NCBI GenBank assembly: GCA_903813345.2
Contig: CAIIXF020000001.1
Coordinates: forward strand, 32,488,001-32,552,000
Length of the DNA stretch: 64,000 nucleotides
Direction of reading: 5' to 3'
From: Owenia fusiformis
Taxonomy: Eukaryota
The position numbers were made by a program, and so were the translations under genes. Positions 25,746 through 39,019 of the stretch are shown piece after piece; positions within the stretch are counted from its first letter, which is position 1; each line of letters opens with the position of its first letter. Below the pieces are notes generated by a model. That model had not been told where the DNA came from, made no database searches, and was given only the letters and a program-made list of their open reading frames with translations.

Positions 25746-27335
25746 CTACCTACTGAGCAAAGTACTCCTGATAGAGAATAATTCATTTACCATGTTTGAA
25801 AAGATGCTGCAATATTGCTCCTCAGCATTAAATAAGAAAGCTAGTAAATCCCGCCATATCTGATAGCGAGCCGATATTAGGGCATTTGGTATAAAGCAAG
25901 TCTAAATATTTATTTGTGATATGTTTGAGCTCATTACACTTGAGCAAAAAATGTTCTTCGGTCTCCTGTGCCTTTTTACATAGTTTACAAATTCTGAGTT
26001 CGGGTGGAAGATGTGGTCTTTTATATCTACCCACCTCGACTTCAAGCTTGTGACTGCTAATTCTAAGCGATGTTAAATTGCGGCGGGCATCTTTATTCTT
26101 AATATGGTCAAGATACTTTTCATAATGAAATGAAAATTTGATTTGTTTATAAAACCTTAATTTGCCATTGGTATCTTTTAGCATGTTTTTAAAGTATTGT
26201 TCGTATCTTTCTTTAAGCCTAGATTTTAATTTCTTAGTGTTGACATTATGATAATCATTAAAACCTATAAATTTGAGTACTTTTAGCAAGTCATTATACC
26301 AAGAAGGCTGATTACTATTGGCCAAAGATTTACTTAGTTTTAGTGTATCTCTTATAAACTTTGAAGAGTGATTTTCTAAGTGATTGACTTTAACTTGTTG
26401 GTGGATAATATCAACGAATAAAGGTAGTCTCGCCAATTCGCCTTTAATTCCCAAGTTACTAGCTTCCTTATGTTCACCCAACACAAATATAGTAATGGAT
26501 CAGTTTTCAGACTAAGTTCGTTAACAATATGATCAATGTATAGATTAAAAAGCAAGGGACTTAAAGGGTCGCCTTGTTTCACACCTTTTCACATTTAAAC
26601 GTACGTGAGTAATCACCACAATTATTCAGTCTAATGCACGCGTGTTGATCCGTAAACATCGATTTTATAATACTGTAGAAGTAACCCTTGATTCCATATG
26701 TTTGTAACTTATGAATAGACCATTGTGCCATATACTATCAAATGCTTTGCGCAGATCAACGAAGCATAAATATAAACTTTAATTTTTATCATCGGATTTA
26801 AACTTGTTCATTAACGATTTGAGGATAAACATATGATCAGTGGTACGTGCTTTCTTAACAAAACCGCCTTGGTTGTCGCTGAGGATTTTCCTATCTTCAA
26901 CAAATTTATACAATCGTCTATACAGTACTATTGAAAGTAATTTAGAGATTGAATCAGATATAAATATACCCCTATAGTTGCTAGGATCAGACCTATCACC
27001 TTTTTTGAATATTGGAATTACTACCGACAAATTCCATCTATCTCGGTAGGAATCGCTGATGAATATTTTATTGAATAATGTGCATAGTAAGTTCCCTATC
27101 GCAAAATAAGAAGCCTTTAGCATTTCATAGGATATACCATTTAAACCAGGACTTTTGTTGTTTTTTAACATTTTAACCGCTTCAAATATTTCATTTTCTT
27201 TTATTGTATAATTTAACTCATTGAATTCTGGCTCAGCTTCCAATATTCTTAAAAGATGTTCCTGGTCTAGATCATCAGACTCCACCCTTTGAAATAGCTT
27301 AGAGAAATGATTGTACCAAGTATCAGGTGTTATAT
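25746..27335 (-). mobile_element. Decayed, 5'-truncated, internally deleted non-LTR retrotransposon (LINE) ORF2; RTEX/CR1-L2-type reverse transcriptase
   Basis: Fragments WYNHFSKL, KSPGLNGISYEML, VVIPIFKKGDRSDPSNYRGI, CFVDLRKAFDSIW, KQGDPLSPLLFNLYI, ASNLGIKGELARLPL and LRISSHKLEVEVGRY..CKLC..ETEEHFLLKC. Several frameshifts; the YADD region is deleted at about 26495. Confidence 0.9.
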
Positions 27336-27341
27336 TTAGAG

Positions 27342-27654
27342 GTTATGGCACTATGACGTGAAATATGCCTGCGTTCTCCCAATATAGGCCGACCTTGGGA
27401 GGCTCTATATTTGGGCAAGAACGAAGGCATATTTCACGTCATAGTGACATAACTGATGTATTACATGCCTTTGTTCCCATGGTTACTTTGTATCAATGAC
27501 GTGACGTCATGATATTATCATGGTTATTAAAGAAATCTAATATCAAAACGAGGTAAGCGGGCTATATCGGGGTAATCGGGCAATATCGGTGGATATAGCT
27601 CGCTAACTTTCCCATTGACTTCCATACAAATGCTTCGCTAGGTATGTAATACAT
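27342..27654. mobile_element. Terminal-hairpin plus asymmetric-IR element abutting the LINE 5' end
   Basis: Hairpin 27342-27453 (GTTATG.CACTATGACGTGAAATATGCCT arms); IR ATGTATTACATGCCT 27456 / AGGTATGTAATACAT 27640. Confidence 0.75.
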
Positions 27655-28016
27655 ATATATATATCAGGTGTTCAAAGACAAGCAGCCCCTCACCACTCTG
27701 TACACAGCAACTGGATCTTGGGCTCCATAATGCAACACAGCTTGAATCTTAGCAATGGTCAACATGGTCAAAGTATAGTTGAAAATGAATATTATATCTA
27801 TAAAACATCATATAAAATAAACCATCATTGGAAGCATCATTTGTGATTGGTACAGGCACATGTTTAATGTATTGTAAATCATATTCACTATAGATATTGA
27901 CTCTGAATCAACTTGGTCTTTAAAATGAAACTGAAAATGTGAAAGTCTCATGAAAGTGCAATTTTCTTGATTTGCCTCACTTATTTTTGGATCCTGACTA
28001 CACCTCTGCACTTAAC

Positions 28017-31000
28017 CACAGGCTGGTATCGAAATATTTGTCCGCTGTGACGGAGCATGCTATTTTTCATAAAAACACTAAGAATACTTCACGATTTATT
28101 TTTTAACTCATATGTTTTGTTATACCATAGAAAATTACTTACTCCATGCAATGGATATATCATTTGCGGGTAACTTTCACTTCTGTTTGAAGTTCAATTA
28201 CGCTGGGAAGAAAAGCTATTGAAAATGGCGCCGGAGTATCATACTTCAAAATGTACAATTTCTTGTTTAACTTTCTATTGGCACGATATAGTGACACGAT
28301 AATATTTACACATGGTTTCAGCATAACTAAGAAGGTATAGATGAGATGTTGATGTATTTGGTCTTTTTAATTCTTTTATAAAAGAATAATTTTTAATTTT
28401 TCTGTCCGCTGTGACGGAGCAGTTGCAAATGTGAACTGTGAAAATGCTCCATCACAGCGGACAAAGAATATTAACATTATTTTTTATAAAAAAAATTAAA
28501 AAGACCTAATGCATTAATATCTCATTAATACATTCAGAGTTATGCTGAAAACATAATGTTAATATTATCGTGTCACAATATCATGCCATTAAAAAGTTAA
28601 AAAAGAAATGGTACATTTTAGAGTTTGATACTCTGGCGCCGTTTTCAATAGCTTTTACTCCTAGCGTTATTGGACTTCAAACAGAAGTGACGGTTACCCG
28701 CAAATGATATATCCATTGCATGGAGTAAGTAATTTTATTTGATATATAGTGCAGTCAGTTATGACAATAAAACCCTTGAATTGCACTTGCTATATATACA
28801 GCACCATTTTTTCACCAAAGCATCATTATTACATGTATTTATGAAATCCACCGAAGTGGTGTCAAAAAGTGGCCCCAGAGGATAATAATAGGCTCCGAGA
28901 ATTTTGCATGTTTCCATTGAGCCCCATGTTAAATCATCAATCTTCAAAAGACCCCCTGCAGAACAGTTCAAGAGCAATAAAGTCAATCTTCCTAGTATGT
29001 TACCATGACTCAAATGTCTTTAAAATAAGAAGGGTTACAAGCTAGATTTTGTCCAGTTCAAAAGATATTGGTGTTTAAATTTCGGAAAATTCCCATTGAC
29101 TGGCATTATAAACTACTCTCAATATGGCTTTACTAAAGGGTCATTTTCTCCCAAAGCACACTATGGAATTTGCTGATGTTGCAGATTTCTACAGCCAATA
29201 TATCGACTTTCAAAAAACCAAACAGGCACATCTCTAAAAATTTCTTATTTTTAAAATATCTAGTTATTAAGTTGCTCACGAAACCTTCATTGAGTCCCAT
29301 GTTAATTTATCAATCTTCAAAAGACCCCCTGCAGAACAGTTCAAGAGCAATAAAGTCAATCTTACTAGTTTGCAACCATAACTTGAAGTTCTTCAAAATA
29401 AGAAGGGTTACATGTTGGATTTTATCGAGTTCAAAAGATATTGACGATTGAATTTTGGGAAATCCCCAATAAACCGCCATTATAAACTACTATCAATAAG
29501 GCTTTACCAAAGTGTCATTTTCTCCAAAAGTTCACTATGGAATTTTCTGATATTGCAGATTTCTATAGCCAATATATTGCCTTTTAAAAAATCAAACTAG
29601 CACAATACTAAAATTTCTGATTTTTAATATATCTAGCCATTAAGTTGCACATGAAAACTCCCATTGGCTGCCATTATAAACCGCTGTCAACATGGCTTTA
29701 CTAATAAAGTGCCATTTTCTCTAAAAACCCACTATGGAATTTTCTGAAATTGCAGATTTCTATAGTTGATAGATTTACTTTTTAAAAACCAAACAGGCAC
29801 ATTCCTAAAAATTTCTTGTTCTTAATATATTTAGCCATAAGTCACATACAAAGATCCTCATTGACTGCCATATCAATATGCTTTTACTAAAGTGTCCTTT
29901 CCCCAAAAAGTCCAATATGAATTTCTCTGATGTTGCAAATTTCCTATTTCTATAAATCAGAAAGTTATGATAGTGGACTTTTGGAGAAAAGTACACTTTA
30001 TTCGTAAATCCATGTTTATAGCAGTTTATAATGGCAGCCAATGGGGATTTTTGGTCAACTTAAAGGCTAAATATATTAAAAATAAAAAAGTTTTAGAAGT
30101 GTGCCTGTTTGGTTTTTTGAAAGTCAATATATTGGCTATAGAAATCTGCAATATCAGAAAATTCCATAGTGAACTTTTGGAGAAAATGGCACATTAGTAA
30201 AGCCATATTAATAGAACTTTATAATGGCGGTCAATGGGAATTTTCCAAAATTCAAACACCAATATCTTTGGAACTACACAAAATCAAGCTTGTAACCCTT
30301 CTTATTTTGAAGACATGTAAGATATGTTTACATACCAGGAAGATTGACTTTATTGCTCTTGAACTGTTCTGCAGGGGGTCTTTTGAATATTGATAAATTA
30401 ACATGGGACTCAATGGAGTTTTCTTGAGAAACTTAATAACTAGATATATTAAAAATAAGAAATTTTTAAAAATGTGCCTGTTTTGTTTTTGGAAAGTCAT
30501 TATGTTGGGTATAGAAATCTGTTATATCAGAAAATTCCATAGTGAACTTTTGGAGAAAATGGCACTTTATTAGTAAAGCCATGTTGATAGCTTTTATAAT
30601 GGCAGCCAATTGGAGTTTTCGTGTAGAACTCAATGGTTAGATATATAAAAAATAATGAATTTTTAGAAATGTGCCTGTTTGGTTTTTTAAAACTCAATAT
30701 TTTGGCTATAGAAATCTGCAATATCAAAAAATTCCATAGTGGAATTTTGGAAAAAATGACACTTTAATAAGGCCATATTGAGAGTAGTTTACAATGGCCG
30801 TCAATGGGAATTTTCCAAAATCCAAACACCAATATCTTTTGAACTAGACAAAATCCAGCTTGTAACCCTTCTTATTTTGAAGACATTTAAGTCACGGCTA
30901 CATACTAGGAAGATTGACTTTATTGTTCTTGAACTCCTCTGCAGGGGGTCTTTTGAAGATTGATAAATTAACATTGAACTCAATGGAAACATGCAAAATG

Positions 31001-31250
31001 TTCGAGCCCTGTTATTATCCACTGGGGTTACTTTTTAACACCACTTCGGTAGATATCAAAAATATATGTATTAATGATACTTTGGTCAAAAAATTGTGAC
31101 GTTTATATAGCAAGTGCAATTAAAGTGCTAACTGACTGCACTAATAACGAAACATATGAGTTAAAAAATAAATCGTGAAGCATTCTCAGTGTTTTTATGA
31201 AAAATATCATGCTCCGTCACAGCGGACAAATCTTTCGATACCAGCCTGTG
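28017..31250. mobile_element. Foldback MITE (about 840 bp, CAC...GTG termini) split by a nested element
   Basis: CACAGGCTGGTATCGAAA.ATTTGTCCGCTGTGACGGAGCATG / reverse complement at 31208-31250; axis near 28430; right arm interrupted at 28747-31143. Confidence 0.88.
28747..31143. mobile_element. 2.4-kb foldback element with modular internal subrepeats, TAGT termini, 3-bp TSD ATA; Academ-like
   Basis: TAGTGCAGTCAGTTA / TAACTGACTGCACTA; arms about 1.2 kb each around ~29950; blocks repeated at 28920/29296 and their inverted copies. Confidence 0.88.
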
Positions 31251-34200
31251 ATTAGTACTAATGAGATTTTACAAAAAATTACCTTCAAAATGTACTCGAT
31301 ATCAGTAACCAGCTATAAGTCAACATTAATCAGCCCCAATCTTTAATGGCCCGGTTATGATACGCTTTTACAGACTTACCCTAAATCTATCACTCAAAAT
31401 GTACCAGCCTTCTTTGAGCTATCTAAAAACCTATTTCTAATCGAAGAAAAATAATGTTCTATACACCAAAATGTCGAGAAAAGACTCGTTTTCGGAACTA
31501 AAATGGTACAACATTAGTTCCTTGTATGGGGTGGGTCATGCCTCCAAAAGAGAGAGCTCTCTCGAGAAATCTCGCGGAGTCTCGTTAGACGAAACCCCGG
31601 GAAATTCAAGAGTGATTTGAAAATTAAATTTTCTTACTTAGCGTAGTGCGCACCTGATTGCGGACCAGCTGCCAAGGGGGGTTCTATTTATTACCGGCCT
31701 GTGGTTTGTTTTATAAAGAAAGGGCGAAGGGGGGGGGGGGGTGTTCGCATGACTGGAAACAGTTTCAACGAACCAATCAAATTAAGGAATTTTGCTGGTG
31801 CATCATTCAAATAGCCAGTATAAACGTGCGATTCATTGTTCGTCATTTTTCTGAGAGTGGGGTTCGTTCCCAGCCCGGGGTTCGTTTTATAACAAAAGGG
31901 AGTTCGAGGTGAAGAAAAGGTTTCCACGAGCCCAGTGAACCCCCTCTCGCTACGCCCATACTTCTAGAATGTAAGTGTGAACAATATCTTTGAAATAGCT
32001 CCAAAGATAAAAGTTTTCTGGGATTCATATCGAATGATTTTGGCATGTTTTCGTATTTTGCGCATGTTTTGTAAAATGGCCATAACATCATTATGACCAA
32101 TAAAAATAGCCCAATGAATCTTATATAGAATGAAGAACATTAATCAAGGTTCAATTGTGCCAAATATGTTTTTAATCCAAGCTGGATGATGGGGTTATTA
32201 ACATTTGATTGGGTTACTTTTTTGGCTCACCCTGTATTATGCAATCTTATTGCGTATGTACAAGCTATGCAATTCATGCATACGCCTACGGTTTTCATTG
32301 CTTGAATCAAGAGATTTGTGAAATGACAAATGATGATTACTCAGAATAAGTTATGGACATTTAGTAAACAGTTTGCTTTTGATATCGGCAATATTTCATC
32401 TCCTGAACACATTTGGAATGATACAAATATAAATATATGCCCAGAGAGTCACCGATGAAAGCATTTTCTTTAGATAAGCCTCAAAAATCATATTTATTTC
32501 AATGCCGATGACTACACGTCTGTCTATGATTTGTTCGGATGTCAACCATGGGAGCAACACAAACCTTGTAATTAAATCTCCGGCAGGTAAATATACGAGG
32601 AGTATCTTTAAAATAGAATGAATTAAATATATTTACATTAGAAAGAGGATTCTGTTTCACATGTAGTTATGAAAGATCAAAGTGTTTAAAACCCATAAAG
32701 TATTTTTCTGATAAGTCATGGCTAGCTGGACCTCCAAAACTGACACGACAAGAAAAAACCTCTACGAGGAATAGGAAGTCCGAGAGAGAGCAGGTCTAAC
32801 TCATAAATCAAATTTTCATTTGGTACATTTTTTTATTTTTCACTTTTATCTTCCTGCATTGATTTATAATGCGTATTTTAATCATTAAAATGATCACAAA
32901 TGGAAGTTATTGATGATGTATGACGGATTGATTACCCAGTTTCTTTTCAACAAGTAATGTGAAATGACAAAGATTCCACCGGGTTATTCTATAACCCGAT
33001 CAAAATATACTTGGCGTCTATCAACTTCAGTTTCCTAATTTATATGTACGCAGAGACATATTTACAAGTATAATGTCTCTGATGTACGTAAACTCTTCAT
33101 CAATATTATTCAATTATTCCTTGAGTAGGCAAAGATGCTTGCTAATTTTATATTATGATACAAGCATGTCCAGCTGTGGTTGGATCAGATCAGATTCAGG
33201 TACCAGTGGGTGGGAACTCGGAGAGCATCTGCAGATACTCGTGAACACCCGTTGGCTCATCCTAATACCTCGTTTCTTTAACTATGAATTGCTAGGCGAC
33301 ATCCGTCCACTCGCGAGTCGAGCCTTATTGTATCACCTCGTATAATGGCCAGCTCCCGGTGTGCTCTCTCATGATTCTCTTTTTTGCTATTTTGCTTTAT
33401 CGCTTTGATGATTTCTTGACTTCAATTTTGATAAGTTATATCCACAAAATCAAAACTCACCTGCGCTTTCAGATACATGAGAATCACGAACAGTAATATT
33501 AGAAAAGAACATAACACTGTAACATCAGAATGTGTGAAGATATGTGTACATTCTACACATTGGGCAACCTCCAGTGTAAAATTGTGCGTATCTTAGCCTT
33601 GCATTAAGCCTCCGGACACCCCCCATCTACGTCTCAGGTTTGTTTACATCTTCGTCATATTTGAACAGTCGATCTGTTATAACATGCGCAAAGCTCTATT
33701 TAGTGATATTTTCATTCCAAATATGGCAGGTATGTTTTTGGCGACAAGGATCTGACATATGAAATATTTCAAGGCAGTTTTAGATTTCATTAATAATAAT
33801 ATGATAACCTCATTTCCAAGAGCAATACAGTGAAATATTGGTCCAAGGGCCGAAGGCCCAAGGTCCAATATTTGTGTTATAACACATTGGAAGTTGCAAA
33901 AGCTCAGCAATGGCGGGTATAAACACATTGCCTCATTTAAAGCTGCTGCGCAAGGTCAATTTCTCTCTTAATTCAAGTACGTGATTAATACTTAGAGAGA
34001 AATATAACTTTGTAGCACATCTCATGTACAACTGAGGTCGATATCATAGCGATAAGGATCTCGTTTCTGTACTTTCCTATTTTTTAATATTCTAGTGCCA
34101 ATTAAGAGTTGGCACAAGAATGATAAAAGAAAAGAAAAACGCCAATTCGACCCCACATTTATGAGGGTATAACCATGGTAAGCTCTTGATGTTGTTTTTC

Positions 34201-34501
34201 AAGCAAACTTGTTTATTTCTCATCTTTTGCACGACTTTTATTTACATTTTGAACAATTTCACTATTTTAGTAAAAATAACTCTTATATTTTGGCAAAAAC
34301 TTAGTAGTACACTGTAGAAGTATATGATAGTCTCGTACGAAATCTTATGCTAATCAAATGACTTATCTCATATTATGGTTGAATTTTTTCTCTTTCTCGT
34401 GATACAATCTTGTCTGCAATCTGTGTCTGTATTATCTTTGTGATTATAAAACATTTACTGATTGAATCTTAGCTATCATAACAGACCCATGGGATATAAA
34501 A

Positions 34502-35092
34502 CAGTTAGGACCTGTTCATAATCCAAATCAAAAACATCCAATTCATATACAATAAAGATAAACCAATTAACTCCCAGATACTCACCTTTCTCTTAATCCA
34601 AATCAAAAACATCCAGGTAATTTCTAATAATGATAAACCAATTATCTTCTTGATTCACACCTTTCTCTTAATCCAAACATAAAACATTCCGTTTTTTTCT
34701 AATAGGATAAACCAATTAACTACTGTACTCACACCTTTCCAAAACATCCTGTTGTTTTCCACAAATTAGGGATGTCTCTGACTAAATGAGTTAATAAGGA
34801 CAATATTGGTGCTTTGATTACATTGTATATGTAAAGATAAATAACAACTATAACATTGACTCAATATGTGGCTATTATTGAAATGTCCAGAAATTTGATT
34901 TCTGATAAAAACGTTCAAATTAGACAGGTCAGTTTTTCAAATCTGGTTGTTCACTGTTCAGATTAGGAGGTGTTCAGATTTCAAGGTTTTTTTAACATGG
35001 GAGTTAATGGGAGGAAAAAATGGGACCGAAAAAAGTGTTCAAATTGGAAGGTGTTCGGATTAGCCAGGTGTTCAGATATACAGGTTCTACTG
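34502..35092. mobile_element. Degraded Tigger/pogo-like MITE containing a 75-bp tandem repeat (34519-34760)
   Basis: Right end CAGGTTCTACTG|TA, left CAGTTAGGACCTG; three copies of TAATCCAAATCAAAAACATCC..GATAAACCAATTA..CACCTTTC. Confidence 0.6.
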
Positions 35093-35624
35093 TATAGTGG
35101 AAATAATGAGAATAATCGGATAAATTCTTTTCAGTGAGAAATTTAGCTAGGGGCTCCTTTGGGGATTTTTATACGTCCGGTAAACATAGTTTTAAAAGCT
35201 TTTTGGTTCATTCTAGCATTCTGAATTGTAGGCTCTTCAATACTAATCCACTTTATTATCGTAAGCATATGCTGTTTCTTCATTATAATCGTTTTATAAG
35301 GATTTTTTGGCAAGAAGGACTGCCACTAAATGAATATTTCCCATGAATATTTGTTTGATGTGCATAGATTAATGACGTCACCAAATGTTGAGCAATCAAG
35401 AACACAATCATAAAATTCGCCGCAAACTTTTGAAAATTGAAAAGTGTCCAGTTCAAATGAGAATTCTCTGTTGTTCTGTTGTATTCAGGGTCATAGGCTG
35501 CCATTATAGAAAGGTGAGATATTTATCTTGGGCCACTGGTTCAGGAATTGTCCTAAAAATGGCAGGCAAGCTTGCTTAGCAGCTTTAAATAAGGTAAGAA
35601 TCAAAATAGCTCGTCAAAACTCAG

Positions 35625-36297
35625 AAAATACCGTTTTTCACAAATCTACCACTGAACTACTATCTTTTTAAAATCTACCGTAAAAACTCCCGTTTTTTCA
35701 AAAGTCTACTGCATAAACTCCCATTTTTCAAAAGATCTTCCGCAAAAACTCTAGTTTTTCAAAAGTCTACCGCAAAAAAAAGTTTTTTCAAAAATTTCCC
35801 GTAAAAACTCCCGTTTTTTCAAAAGCCTACCGCAAAAACTCCCTTTTTCCAAAAATCTCCCGCAAAAACTACAGTTTTTTCAAAAGTTTCCTGCAAAAAC
35901 TCCCGTTTTTTCAAAAGCCTATCGCTAAAACTCCAGTTTTTTAAAAAGACTCCCGCAAAAACTACAGTTTTTTCGAAAATCTCCTGAAAAACTAGATAGT
36001 ATTTTATCAAATTTATCGCAAAAAATATTTCTTTTTAAAAAAAGAAACTTGAGGTAATCCGCAAAATCTTCCGTAAAAACTACCGTTTTATGCCAAATCT
36101 ACCATAAAAACGCCCGTTTTTCTCAAAAAACTCCCGTTCTCAGAATTTACCATAAAAACTAGTTTTTATAAAAAAAAATCAACCGCATTTATAAAAAACT
36201 CCCTAAAAACTCCCGAAATTTGGAAAAAATCTCCCGTAAAATTTCCGCATTTTTTTTTAATCTCCCGCAATTTTTTCAATTTAGGTTGGCAAGTCTG
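35625..36297. repeat. About 30-bp minisatellite (roughly 20 degenerate copies) ending in a GTTGGCAAGTCTG TIR-like end
   Basis: Unit approximately AAAATCTACCGCAAAAACTCCCGTTTTTTC. Confidence 0.85.
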
Positions 36298-36358
36298 AAA
36301 AAGTAAGAAATTCGTCTTGTTTTTTTAATGTTTTATATTTAGTTGTATCTAAGTTTAA

Positions 36359-36930
36359 AGGGTTCCGATTAGCATCCCGTATAAAAACAATATGGCGGCT
36401 CCAGGCGAATCAACTGGATCAGTCCATTTTTAAGAAATAAGGGGAGTTCTGTAAAATCCAGTTTATTGAAATTGTCTTTGAGATAAAGTAGTCCGTTTAT
36501 AATGATTTTGAAAACGTTATCCAAAGAGTGATTGCGTTCAAAGAATACATGTACAACAGCCAATATAAATCCTTGTATTAGAAACCGGTTTGTTTTGCTT
36601 TGTTTCATTTGTAGGATATTTCATATGCCAAGCTGTGTGCTATTACGTTATGAGGAAATTTAGATGCCAATTTTTCCTTATTATACACAAATAGAAGATC
36701 CTGAAACTTAACCCATAAATGTGGAATTGATTTGTCAAAATAAAAATCACCCTTTTATAAATGTGTGACAATCTATAATATACTTATGCTATATAACAGT
36801 TAGAGGTGTTGACACAACGACCTCGAACCTGTGAACCCTTGAGTATTATTCCGGGATCGGGCCTTTTATACTAAACAGTGAGCAACACTAGAAACGAGCG
36901 TTCGATTTGCTAAACGATATGCGTCACCCT
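36359..36930 (-). mobile_element. 572-bp Kolobok-like non-autonomous element, TTAA TSD (copy 1)
   Basis: TTAA|AGGG...CCCT|TTAA; reverse complement of 41875-42446. Confidence 0.9.
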
Positions 36931-37390
36931 TTAATACACGTTTTACCACCGTTAGCGTATTTGTTTCTCTGAGAGGGCAGGACAAAATTAGGTTTGTGTT
37001 GTTTGGTCTCTCGAAAATGTAAGAGGTGCCTGCTGACAGACCGTCTTTTGGGCAAGACGTCCGTAAGAACAATCGAAATGCCTGAATGATAAATATAAGA
37101 ATCGTATTTGGCTGAGAACTTGACTTCAAGAGAACCAACATCGAGCCGTGTCAGTGTACTCAAAGTATGAATCGAACTTATAGCTTGTTCAAAGATGGCA
37201 GTCAACGTTACATTCAGCCAAGTCTATGGTTTGCCAACCTACCCTATGTATGCACGCGTTGGTTACGGGTGTGTAGGCGTTAACTATGCCCGTGCAGACG
37301 TAAAATTAGGCCCATGTAGACGTAAAATTACGCCCGTGCAGAGGTAATTTACGCCCGTGTCGTGTAGGGGTTAATTATGCCCGTTAACGA

Positions 37391-38143
37391 GGCGTATGGG
37401 CTTTTTATTTTTTCGTGAAGCCACTCAGTAAAAATACGATTTCTCTGCAATCTGATGTCTAATCAAGATCATTCAAGTATGTGTTCCTGACACGTTTGGG
37501 AGTCCGGGAATAACAACGTCTACTCAAAGTTTGCACGCGAAATTGACGTAATTCATGACTGAAATCGGGAAGACAAAGTTTGAGATTCACAAACAAAATT
37601 GCTTGTGAAAACTATTTACAAAAGTGTTCCAGAGACTATATTCTACTTGGCTAAGGTTTTTACAGAACACGGAAGCAAATGCTATGTTGAAAATGTTCTA
37701 TATTTCAGTTTGAACATGTTATTACATGTCACGTAGGCCAGTGTTTTATATGGGGATTATATTGTACTTTACTTGTTTACATAAACGTAAATCATTACAT
37801 GAAATCGGCAGTCTTCCGGATTTTATCTGGGTTTGTATTGTCTTATTAGGGCTTTTCGACTTTAAAACAAACCTTACCGAAACGGATTTGTGTCTCGGGA
37901 ACATTTTTGTAAATAGTTATTATAAACAATTCTGAAAGAATATCACAAATTTTTGTTTTCCCGATTCCAGTCATGAATTACGTCAATTTCGCGTGCAAAC
38001 ATTGGGTAGACGTTGTCATAACCGGATGCCTAAACGTGTCAGGAACACATAGATACTCGAATGATGTTGATTGGACATCAAGGTGCGGAGAAATCGTAAT
38101 TTTACTGAGTAGCTTCACGAAACAATAAACAGGGTTATATGCC
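37391..38143. mobile_element. Foldback MITE with long imperfect TIRs
   Basis: 37405-37590 is the inverted counterpart of 37938-38128 (TTTGCACGCGAAATTGACGTAATTCATGACTG); flanked on the left by a 21-bp tandem repeat (37285-37385). Confidence 0.8.
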
Positions 38144-38264
38144 ACCCGCGTTAAAACAAAAACAGGCGTAAACTAACGGCGCTAAAATGTTCAATAGCGG
38201 GCGTTAAGACATTATTTAAAACGCGTTGAGAAACATCTATACGCCCGCAAAAAGCCAAATTACC

Positions 38265-38844
38265 CCTCTTTGCAATGGAATATCATTCATTCACAGGGGG
38301 TCATCTCTGGCCGAATAATCATTAATTTTGCAAAGTGGGGCAAAATTCAGCTCGGACCCAAGTTTAAAACATCGCAAAAGTCAGTACAAGGGGCATAGGG
38401 GCTATTGGAAGAAGGTGTGACAGGTATGGTATAGACAGTAAAGTGTTCATACTCATACTCTTGCAAGAATACATCCTATAACCCTCCAAATTGCCACCAC
38501 TACCTTGCACATAAAGATGCGCTCATTTGTCCACATCATGCATGGTTCAGCCGTGAATCATGTGTGGGTTAAAGCAAAGAAAGGCAGCCCATGGGCAAAT
38601 CTTTCTCGAGGTTTTGCAATATCTGGTGGAGGAATTGTGAGCACAGATGTTCCTGAGATAGCTCCAAAAGAAAAGTCACAACAATTCAAGTCAGGGGAAC
38701 TTCCATTGGCACTTCGCCCTTGCACTGATTTTTTTCAATATCTAAAACTTGGCGCAGAGCCGATTTTGACCCACTGTGCAAATGGAAGGATTTCTCACCC
38801 AACCATTACCACATGTGAATGAATGACATATCATTGCAAAGAGG
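38265..38844. mobile_element. MITE with about 130-bp imperfect TIRs
   Basis: CCTCTTTGCAATG..TCATTCATTCACA / TGTGAATGAATGA..CATTGCAAAGAGG. Confidence 0.7.
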
Positions 38845-39019
38845 AGAGACATGGCTTTATGGTACATTAAATGAAATTGATGTAGTCATCACTTGTTTTG
38901 TGATTTTATGAGATAACTACTTGTTGCGTTTTTTGATACACCCTGTATAGGCTAAATTATCTACCCTGGCATTAAACTTCTACCCCAGCGACAACCATAA
39001 TTGTGTTTAAGCAGCTTAA

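Larger units (their letters stand above)
23886..32234. mobile_element. Tc1/mariner-type TIR pair (about 130 bp, TA flanks) enclosing nested insertions
   Basis: TA|CAGGGTGAGCCAAAGAAGGTAACCCAAACAAATGT... versus ...ACATTTGATTGGGTTACTTTTTTGGCTCACCCTG|TA. Confidence 0.65.

Noticed and set aside
28759..31099. Family of similar short ORFs on both strands
   Set aside because: Artefact of subrepeats in a foldback element.
35625..36270. CRISPR-like periodic array
   Set aside because: Contiguous degenerate tandem units with no unique spacers, no cas genes and a eukaryotic context; the same applies to 60877-61196.
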